Part shown: one piece after another, positions 13,686 to 22,754 of the stretch | Numbering within the stretch: position 1 is the first letter of the stretch | Layout: each line of letters begins with the position of its first letter | Source: Auanema rhodensis | Lineage: Eukaryota; Animalia; Nematoda | Assembly: GCA_964057225.1 (NCBI GenBank) | Contig: OZ059898.1 | Coordinates: forward strand, 20,646,001-20,710,000 | Direction: 5' to 3' | DNA length: 64,000 bases | The notes under the pieces: model-generated | The model's input: the letters and a program-made list of their open reading frames with translations, nothing else | Told to the model about the DNA's origin: nothing | Databases searched by the model: none | Made by a program: the position numbers and the translations under genes

Positions 13686-16600
13686 CAAAATTAGATTCCC
13701 CATGTCCATATTAGTCTAAAAACAAATTTTTATTGATATTGGTTCATGGTAACCATGACTTTGAAATTTACGTGAACTTTAATTTATGCTAATTAAATGT
13801 ACACGTGATCTGCACTTGTTATGTAACTCGCTTCGCGTGAAAGATAAAGAGATGCGGTTTTCAAAATTAGATTTCCCATGTCCATATTAGTCTAAAAACA
13901 AATTTTTATTGATATTGGTTCATGGTAACCATGACTTTGAAATTTACGTGAACTTTAATTTATGCTAATTAAATGTACACGTGATGTGCACTTGGTATGT
14001 AACTCGCTTCACGTGAAAGATAAAGAGATGCGGTTTTCAAAATTAGATTCTCCATGTCCATATTAGTCTAAAAACAAATTTTTATTGATATTGGTTCATG
14101 GTAACCATGACTTTGAAATTTACGTGAACTTTAATTTATGCTAATTAAATGTACACGTGATGTGCACTTGGTATGTAACTCGCTTCACGTGAGAGATAAA
14201 GAGATGCGGTTTTCAAAATTAGATTCCCCATGTCCATATTAGTCTAAAAACAAATTTTTATTGATATTGGTTCATGGTAACCATGACTTTGAAATTTACG
14301 TGAACTTTAATTTATGCTAATTAAATGTACACGTGATGTGCACTTGGTATGTAACTCGCTTCACGTGAAAGATAAAGAGATGCGGTTTTCAAAATTAGAT
14401 TCCCCATGTCCATATTAGTCTAAAAACAAATTTTCATTGATATTGGTTCATGGTAACCATGACTTTGAAATTTACGTGAACTTTAATTTATGCTAATTAA
14501 ATGTACACGTGATGTGCACTTGGTATGTAACTCGCTTCACGTGAAAGATAAAGAGATGCGGTTTTCAAAATTAGATTCCCCATGTCCATATTAGTCTAAA
14601 AACAAATTTTTATTGATATTGGTGCATGGTAACCATGACTTTGAAATTTACGTGAACTTTAATTTATGCTAATTAAATGTACACGTGATGTGCACTTGGT
14701 ATGTAACTCGCTTCACGTGAAAGATAAAGAGATGCGGTTTTTAAAATTAGATTCCCCATGTCCATATTAGTCTAAAAACAAATTTTTATTGATATTGGTT
14801 CATGGTAACCATGACTTTGAAATTTACGTGAACTTTAATTTATGCTAATTAAATGTACACGTGATGTGCACTTGGTATGTAACTCGCTTCACGTGAAAGA
14901 TAAAGAGATGCGGTTTTCAAAATTAGATTCCCCATGTCCATATTAGTCTAAAAACAAATTTTTATTGATATTGGTTCATTGTAACCATGACTTTGAAATT
15001 TACGTGAACTTTAATTTATGCTAATTAAATGTACACGTGATGTGCACTTGGTATGTAACTCGCTTCACGTGAAAGATAAAGAGATGCGGTTTTCAAAATT
15101 AGATTCCCCATGTCCATATTAGTCTAAAAACAAATTTTTATTGATATTGGTTCATGGTAACCATGACTTTGAAATTTACGTGAACTTTAATTTATGCTAA
15201 TTAAATGTACACGTGATGTGCACTTGGTATGTAACTCGCTTCACGTGAAAGATAAAGAGATGCGGTTTTCAAAATTAGATTCCCCATGTCCATATTAGTC
15301 TAAAAACAAATTTTTATTGATATTGGTTCATTGTAACCATGACTTTGAAATTTACGTGAACTTTAATTTATGCTAATTAAATGTACACGTGATGTGCACT
15401 TGGTATGTAACTCGCTTCACGTGAAAGATAAAGAGATGCGGTTTTCAAAATTAGATTCCCCATGTCCATATTAGTCTAAAAACAAATTTTTATTGATATT
15501 GGTGCATGGTAACCATGACTTTGAAATTTACGTGAACTTTAATTTATGCTAATTAAATGTACACGTGATGTGCACTTGGTATGTAACTCGCTTCACGTGA
15601 AAGATAAAGAGATGCGGTTTTTAAAATTAGATTCCCCATGTCCATATTAGTCTAAAAACAAATTTTTATTGATATTGGTTCATGGTAACCATGACTTTGA
15701 AATTTACGTGAACTTTAATTTATGCTAATTAAATGTACACGTGATGTGCACTTGGTATGTAACTCGCTTCACGTGAAAGATAAAGAGATGCGGTTTTCAA
15801 AATTAGATTCCCCATGTCCATATTAGTCTAAAAACAAATTTTTATTGATATTGGTTCATTGTAACCATGACTTTGAAATTTACGTGAACTTTAATTTATG
15901 CTAATTAAATGTACACGTGATGTGCACTTGGTATGTAACTCGCTTCACGTGAAAGATAAAGAGATGCGGTTTTCAAAATTAGATTCCCCATGTCCATATT
16001 AGTCTAAAAACAAGTTTTTATTGATATTGGTTCATGGTAACCATGACTTTGAAATTTACGTGAACTTTAATTTATGCTAATTAAATGTACACGTGATGTG
16101 CACTTGGTATGTAACTCGCTTCACGTGAAAGATAAAGAGATGCGGTTTTCAAAATTAGATTCCCCATGTCCATATTAGTCTAAAAACAAATTTTTATTGA
16201 TATTGGTTCATGGTAACCATGACTTTGAAATTTACGTGAACTTTAATTTATGCTAATTAAATGTACACGTGATGTGCACTTGGTATGTAACTCGCTTCAC
16301 GTGAAAGATAAAGAGATGCGGTTTTAAAAATTAGATTCCCCATGTCCATATTAGTCTAAAAACAAATTTTTATTGATATTGGTTCATGGTAACCATGACT
16401 TTGAAATTTACGTGAACTTTAATTTATGCTAATTAAATGTACACGTGATGTGCACTTGGTATGTAACTCGCTTCACGTGAAAGATAAAGAGATGCGGTTT
16501 TCAAAATTAGATTCCCCATGTCCATATTAGTCTAAAAACAAATTTTTATTGATATTGGTTCATGGTAACCATGACTTTGAAATTTACGTGAACTTTAATT

Positions 16601-16740
16601 TATGCTAATTAAATGTACACGTGATGTGCACTTGGTATGTAACTCGCTTCACGTGAAAGATAAAGAGATGCGGTTTTAAAAATTAGATTCCCCATGTCCA
16701 TATTAGTCTAAAAACAAATTTTTATTGATATTGGTTCATG
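13686..16740 (+). repeat. 176-bp satellite, ~17 monomers, majority orientation
   Basis: Unit CAAAATTAGATTCCCCATGTCCATATTAGTC... repeats with period 176 up to the LTR insertion. Confidence 0.98.
16736..16740. repeat. 5-bp target-site duplication TCATG (left copy; right copy 23614-23618)
   Basis: Satellite reads GGT-TCATG|TGTTTT...GCACA|TCATG-GTAACC. Removing the element plus one TCATG restores the 176-bp register. Confidence 0.96.
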
Positions 16741-17599
16741 TGTTTTGACTGGAGTCCTTTGAAGTAGGAGAGCGTAAAACAGGCATGGGTGGTTCAGTGG
16801 ATTTGAAGTGTAGAGAACGAGAACGCTAGGTTACTTGGACAACGATTTATTCAGAGAGAACTGGTAAAGACAACAGTGACAAAAAATAGAAAAATAGATG
16901 AACACAATACGAAGCAAGAATACAAAGTAATATGGAGCAGCAGCAACAGCAGAACGACGCTTGGAGCGGTCGTTGGATCAAGAGGTGAAGAATGGGAAAA
17001 GCTGCGAGCTTATATACGAATTCTACCGGGCGATATACAATACATATTAATGATGGCATGAAGAAATAGAGAAATAATTTACAACAAGAATACGAAATAA
17101 TATATAATAAATGAAATATAAAATAATCTAGGAATAATAGATACGTGGGCTGAATATTAGAATAGAATAGAATATAGAGAGAATACAGCATTTTGCCACA
17201 GATTGAATGTGCCTTCTGCTGTAAGTTGTGGGGGCAGGCCAAGTGTAGATGAGTCATGTCTTATCCTGTGCGGCATCTCCCAGATTTTGCAGGATGCGCG
17301 AGTGGGCGAATGAGTCATGAGCCATTTAGACCTCGATTGCAACTTACAAGATTATTGATTAAGCTAAACGAATTCTTAAGATTAAAATAGACTATAGGCA
17401 ATAAGAGAACAAGATTAACATAAAAGGTTAAGATGGATAGATGTGTTTAAGAGACAATAATGAAGGAACATCTGGTGAGTAATCGGATAAACTTGCATGT
17501 GTGTGTGCGGCACGTATGAGTCATAGGTGAATAAAATAGTGGGAATAAAGTGCATCGTTGTCCAAAAAGAGTATGGGAAAGATGGAGTGCGTTCGCACA
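16741..17599 (-). repeat. 3' LTR (859 bp)
   Basis: Direct repeat of 22755-23613, preceded on the minus strand by a purine-rich tract. One difference seen (17311 T vs 23325 G). Confidence 0.97.
16846..16851 (-). terminator. AATAAA polyadenylation signal in LTR (also 22860-22865)
   Basis: TTTATT on + strand, about 105 nt from the LTR 3' end and downstream of a TATA-like box. Confidence 0.6.
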
Positions 17600-17610
17600 C
17601 TCCCGCCGCC
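17600..17610 (-). other. Polypurine tract (GGCGGCGGGAG)
   Basis: G-rich tract immediately upstream of the 3' LTR TG on the minus strand, similar to interrupted PPTs of BEL/Pao elements. Confidence 0.8.
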
Positions 17611-17632
17611 GAATATGCTATAATAGCATTGT

Positions 17633-18349
17633 TCAGAAAAGGTCGACGTAGGAAGGCAGAGATTCCTTGCTCGTCGATGGCTTGTTTGGTGGTGTGGCTT
17701 CTGTCTTCTTCAGCTTTGGCTTTGAGGGAGTTTGAGTCCCTTGTGTGCAGATATCAGGTAAAGACCTCTTCTGGAAGAGGTTTTTGATGCAGCGAAGTTC
17801 CTCAATGATGAGGTTCAATGGTGCTGTGAGTTGTTGGATGTCCTTGCGGAGATCCTTCATCTCATTTACCAGAAGCTTGAGTTCTGGTTGCGCTTCCACT
17901 ACAATGATGTTGGATTTGCGTGGAGGCGATGTTTCACAGCTTCTCTTTCTTGATGGGGCCCTCAAAGGATCGTAGGGCATGTCCAATTTTACGTCGTCCA
18001 AGTGGTCCTTATGAATTCTTTCCACCAATTCGGTGAGTCGTTTCTCGTTGCCAAATAGTTGTAGATCAGTAAGCTCCTTTTCGAATACATTATAGGTCCT
18101 GGCTGTGTTGATAAAGTCCTTTATTTTGATGAAATAACAGAGAATATCAGTAGCGGCAAGTTGGATGTCTCTAGCAGGAGTATTCGTAATCGCTTCAAGT
18201 TGAAATAAAGTTTTCAGAGATAGATCCATGGATTGCAATAGGCCCTTGTAGTAATCATTTCTTTTGTCTAAGGACAGACGTAAGTATGATTGTTTTCTCT
18301 CGGCTGAGGAAGCAAGAGTATCGCGAATAGTGTTGGCGTGAGTTGACAT
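17633..18349 (-). CDS. 238-aa accessory ORF of unknown function between env and the 3' LTR
   Basis: Intact ATG-to-stop ORF ending just before the PPT, with basic patches (RAPSRKRS, PKPKLKK) and a heptad-like segment (LKLLVNEMKDLRKDIQQL). Confidence 0.75.
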   Translation of the reverse strand: MSTHANTIRDTLASSAERKQSYLRLSLDKRNDYYKGLLQSMDLSLKTLFQLEAITNTPARDIQLAATDILCYFIKIKDFINTARTYNVFEKELTDLQLFGNEKRLTELVERIHKDHLDDVKLDMPYDPLRAPSRKRSCETSPPRKSNIIVVEAQPELKLLVNEMKDLRKDIQQLTAPLNLIIEELRCIKNLFQKRSLPDICTQGTQTPSKPKLKKTEATPPNKPSTSKESLPSYVDLF

Positions 18350-18350
18350 G

Positions 18351-19190
18351 ATTAGGAATAAGAGTATGATAGCGACGTGGGTCTTCCGTTGAGTGATGAG
18401 GAACTTGAGTGATGCTTTCTCTAGTGAAGTATAGTGAATTTACTTCGCAAGAATAAGTGCTTTTGATCCACTGGATGCGTAGGAAAGTGATTTTGTCCTC
18501 GTTGTTGGTAAATGAGAGACATGCTTCCTGAGTGTATGGGCTGATGGTAAGTCGTTCTGATGTTCGGATTCGACATTCGTTTTGAGTGCATGACGATTCT
18601 TTTGTTGAAATCATGTTCAATTCTTGACATGCAGAGGTGTTTCCTATTTCTAACAGTATTATTGCAAGAAGAGGAATGACGGATTGCCTTCTTTTTGAGA
18701 AGAGTTTCTTCAATTTTCGTCCAATTGTCAGTGTGAGTGAGAAGATTATATAGCACCACAGACGAATTGGTTTGCCGATAACCCATGGTGTGTATAGTAG
18801 TCCGTAGCATAAGGCTGTGATCATATATACTATGAGTGTCAGTAGCAAGATTGAAGTCCAAGGCCAGCACGATGGATTGAGCAGGGTTGCTGTACAAAAT
18901 GTGCAGGTAACTGTAGAGCAGAAGTGGACTCCTGGGCATGTTAAGAACATGTGTTGAAGTCTGGAGTTGTGAAAAAATGTCCAACTGACTTGGTAGTCTG
19001 TCAATATTTCTGCTGTGGGAAGAGTGACGTCTCCGTTGTTACTACTGTTGAAGCATGTGTTTTGGATGCACACTTGTTGGTTTGCCGTACTGATTCCTTG
19101 GATATGAACTCCGTGGGAGTTGCATGAAATTGTTGGGTTTGCTGAGGCCATTGGTCCGAAAATCGCAAGTATTGTGAAGAAAGTGAGGAG
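18351..19190 (-). pseudogene. env: Phlebovirus-like envelope: signal peptide, short Cys-rich Gn-like domain, TM, second signal, first ~75 aa of Gc, then a deletion to the env tail
   Basis: LLTFFTILAIFGPMASA|NPTISC..., CPGVHFCSTVTCTFCTATLLNPSCWP, hydrophobic TM, and IGNTSA|CQE...QEACL...YFTR. At ~18404 the sequence jumps out of frame to the last 53 nt of the env tail. Confidence 0.85.
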
Positions 19191-21430
19191 TGTATTGGTT
19201 GTATCTCCGTACCATACTCGTGGTAAGTTACGTAAGTTGGTTCTTCTTTCTTCATGAACTTGTTCTTCTGGTGTTGCGTTGCCCTTGAGTTTTTCTGGGA
19301 TCTCGTTGTCTGAGATTTCCAATGGGTGCAGTAAGTTGACTGGTCTTTTTATTTCTCGACCTGTTTCCGAAATCAGCGTTGCTTCTCTGATGTTTCCTGA
19401 TCTGTCGGGGTGAACTTGAATTATTTTTCCTGTACTCCATTTGTGGCGGGGAATAGGAAGCTCGTTGATTAGGACGATTTGACCAATGGATGGAGTTAAC
19501 TTTGTTCCCGCTTTCTTAACTGAAATGTTGTGATGGTGTGTAGCGCGGATCTCTTTCAGGTATAGGTCTGTCCAGAGTTCCCAGAACTTGTTTGTGCGTT
19601 TCCTTGATGAGTGAATGGCTCGTTCTGTATCAGCTTGAGTTTGTAGCGCTGGGCTGTCAATGTAATCCTCATCCATTTCTTCTTCTGATTCGACAGAGAT
19701 GTTCAAGTCGATGTCTTTATAGATGAAATCGCATGGTCGTATGATCTCATCTTTGTTCGTATCTGTACCGATGTATGTGAGTGGACGTGTGTTTATTGTA
19801 GCTTCACACTCTGCAAGGGTTATTGTGAGCTCTTCAGTAGTTGGAGTACTGTGGAGTGTTTTGTAAAGAGCTTCCTTTACGGACCTAATAAGTCTTTCGT
19901 AAAAACCGCCTTGCCATGGGGCATAGGGGGTGATGTTGTGCCAGCGAATTTTGTATTGATTTCCGCTGTCTGTTGTAGTGAAGAGTTTGTTTGCAACCTT
20001 TTGACCAAGCTCAAAGGTGCTTGCGTTGTCGCAGGTTATGCTCGATGGGCATCCACGTCGTGCCCAGATTTCCGTAAACAGTTGAGAAATGCGGTAGTTG
20101 TGAGGTTGTGAATCACCTCAAGATGGATGAGTCTTGTCACCGTACAGGTGTAGATGCAGCTCCAGACTTTCGTATTTCCGTCTTTGACTGTGATGGGTCC
20201 GAAGTAGTCGAGACCTACATGTTTGAAGGGTTGGCTTCGTTGGAGTCGTCTGGATGGTACGTTTCCTGATGGAGGGTACGTAAATGGCCGGTTGTTAAGC
20301 CTTTGACAATTTGCGCACTTTCTTATGACTGCTTGTGTCTGGGAACGTAGTTGAGGAATCCAGTATTTTTGTCGTACTTCCGCCATGGTATGAGCAGTAC
20401 TTTTGTGAAATTTTTCATGAAAGTGCTCTATGAGGAGTCGTGCGGTTGGTGTTTTGGGAAGGATGATGATAGGAAGCTTAGCTGATTGCTCTAGCTCAGC
20501 GTTTTCCATTCGTCCTCTACTGTGCCAGAGGTGATCTCTGAGGAGTGGACGGAGATCGTTTCTTTGGGCTGCTGTCAGACGAACCATCAAGTTTCTTTGA
20601 TGAAGGTGTAGTAGATTTAGTTCTGCTTCTTCATAATGTTGAGGTGTACGAGCTTCAGTGAGTGGATAATGAGTTGCTATCCATTTTTCTTGTGCCTGTG
20701 TCCATGAGGAACAGTCTGATATCCATGGTTCTTCGTTTGGGTCGTCATCCGTAGTTGTCATGTGAACATTCACTTCATTCTGTGGAAGAGTGAATAATGG
20801 ACCATTGATTGCTCGTTCGAGTTGAGCTTGTGGATTCCACCAGTAATGGTCGCTTAGCTCTGCTGTGGTACAACCTCTTGTGGCGATGTCGGCTGGATTA
20901 TCCTTCGTGTTGATATAACCAAAGAAGGTCTTTATTTCCATATCTTCCAGTTGTTCTGCGCATTCGTTGATTTCTTTGATGCGGTTTTGTACCAAGACCC
21001 CAGTTGTTTTCTGGTCTGGTTTCTGTCGGATCCAAGCAAGTGCTATCTCAGAGTCGGATAGAAAGGTAGCAGTTTCTATCTTGATGTTGCCTCTGATTTC
21101 TTTGGCGATTTTCAGAGTGTTTGATACTCCTATTGTAAGAGCAGAGATTTCTGCTTTTGGGATTGTGATGGATGAACTCTTGGAGTGCAACTTTGATTTT
21201 GCAAACATGAGCCTGGGTTTGCGAGTTGATGCTGATAAGATGTAGACGCAAAATCCTAACGCTGATCCGCTGGAATCTGTGCAAGTGACCAGATGATATG
21301 AGTTTGTTGGGTCTGATGGTAGTGAGCGAGGAATCGCTTTTACCATGTGAAAATTGTCTGACAATTCTTTCCATTTTTGTTGTAGCTCATGGGGAAGTGT
21401 TGTGTCCCAGTCGAAGTTTTCTGTCCACAT
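19191..21430 (-). pseudogene. pol: pol 3' part: Pao-type RNase H region, integrase (HHCC, DDE core, C-terminal DUF5641-like domain); 5'-truncated with a 1-nt frameshift at ~20068
   Basis: Motifs CTDSS, FAKSKL, TIPKAE, SDSEIALAWI, NPADIATRG, H..H...YWIPQLR...CANC and VGLDYFGP. After the shift, my manual translation gives WARRGCPSSITCDNASTF...PWQGGFYERLIRSVK...NTRPLTY, open and in frame with ORF 18255-19706 (FWELW...KRPVNLLHPLE). Confidence 0.93.
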
Positions 21431-22269
21431 TGCGATTGTTCACCAGCCGAAGATACCGTGAATTGTCGATGCAAAGACTACTCTTTGAATACATCATTTG
21501 AAAATGTGAAAAGTGCCTTACCACTCATCACACCTGCCTACTCTATCGAATCTTCAAATCGCAAAGTTCACATAACTGTCAACCGTAACATTATGGCCGA
21601 ACTACACATCACAATTGATGGCAAATTCCAAAGCTCATTCAATTACAGCTCGGAATTTTGCGACATAACAGACTCCATGTTAACAGGCTGTTACAACTGT
21701 CAAAACGGAGCACAGGCTAAAATTATATGTTCCTCATCAACAAATACTCTCGCGGCAACAACTTGCGAAGGTACAGCATTCATGCTACACTGCAGCCCTG
21801 AAGGAACAATGAACACTATTCGACTTCCAATGACAACAGCTTCACCTCGAACACAGTGTTCATACACTTGCGGAAAACAAACGAAGTCATTTTTGCTCAC
21901 CGGAATATTATATTACGTGAATAATATGGAAGATCTCAACAAACACTACGTCGATGGCAATCACTCCTCCATTCATGAGTCAGTTATATCTTTCCCATGG
22001 CCTGATATCACTCATTTCTACGACATTTACCTTAACTGGTACAGAGAACTTCTATTTTGTCTCATACTGATATTATCCGCATTGGCCATTTCGTATTACA
22101 TCATGACGACATACTCCATCGCCATCGCGAGCAACACACTTTTCTTCGCTATCAGAATTATTAAAACCACGCTCCGCCTGCCCATCATTACGCTTCGTTT
22201 CCTCAGGCGCCTCCTCTTCCTCATCACTCAACGGAAGACCCACGTCGCTATCATACTCTTATTCCTAAT
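21431..22269 (+). pseudogene. env: Inverted fragment: C-terminal half of phlebovirus-like Gc with TM anchor and tail
   Basis: CDCSPAEDTVNCRC, LTGCYNCQNGAQAKIICSS, CSYTCG, LTGILYY, then a hydrophobic TM. 22217-22269 is the exact reverse complement of 18351-18403. The left breakpoint is approximate (within a few nt). Confidence 0.88.
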
Positions 22270-22415
22270 TTTTTTGTCACTGTTGTCTTTACCAGTTCTC
22301 TCTGAATAAATCGTTGTCCAAGTAACCTAGCGTTCTCGTTCTCTACACTTCAAATCCACTGAACCACCCATGCCTGTTTTACGCTCTCCTACTTCAAAGG
22401 ACTCCAGTCAAAACA
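22270..22415 (+). repeat. Inverted 146-bp copy of the LTR 3' (U5) terminus ending exactly at CA
   Basis: Reverse complement of 16741-16886 and 22755-22900, no mismatch seen. Confidence 0.96.
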
Positions 22416-22644
22416 TTAGCGCGGAGGTATATCCACGTAGGGTGGATATGTGTCTCCGGAGAGTATCCTCGTTAGCGAGGATTCTCTCTTGATCTTCAGA
22501 GTTAAGATCTTCGGTAATATTGTTCAACTCCTCAATGAGGGAGTTGATCATGTTGATGTCAAGGTCAATAGCCAGCATCTCTTTTTCACGAAGTTCAATC
22601 ATCCAGGTCATTTTGTTTGACTGGAGATTGATTTGACGAGTCAT
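22416..22644 (-). pseudogene. gag: Probable gag N-terminal fragment (MTRQINLQSNK...GYTSAL), truncated by the inverted LTR end
   Basis: First ATG-initiated open frame, ~110 nt after the PBS, with helical/coiled-coil composition. The assignment is by position, not by a diagnostic motif. Confidence 0.65.
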
Positions 22645-22739
22645 GAAAGATTTTCTTCGTCCGTCCTGTTTTTGAAGCTTAGTCAAAAACGAAGTACACC
22701 TAGCGATCCAAGCGTTGGCCCGAGAGGTATCGGAAGCCT

Positions 22740-22754
22740 CGGCCTCATGCACCA
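22740..22754 (-). other. Primer-binding site TGGTGCATGAGGCCG, probably tRNA-Gly
   Basis: TGG directly follows the 5' LTR CA. TGGTGCAT is complementary to the ...AUGCACCA 3' end of tRNA-Gly(GCC). Confidence 0.8.

Noticed and set aside
16615-16630. ATCACGTG match to budding-yeast CDEI
   Set aside because: An 8-bp match with no CDEII/CDEIII, in an apparently metazoan satellite.
16847-17600. Short ORFs inside the LTRs (136, 61, 61, 61 aa; duplicated at 22861-23626)
   Set aside because: Low-complexity translations of AT-skewed LTR sequence with no recognisable domain. They are duplicated only because the LTR is.
17527-21900. Small overlapping or antisense ORFs within pol/env (e.g. 18421-18984, 19851-20111, 20967-21245)
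   Set aside because: Alternate-frame shadows of the real coding frames, with no motifs.
22260-22280. Env-to-U5 join as a spliced subgenomic RNA
   Set aside because: The skipped interval is not bounded by GT...AG. It looks like a deletion at a T-rich imperfect microhomology.
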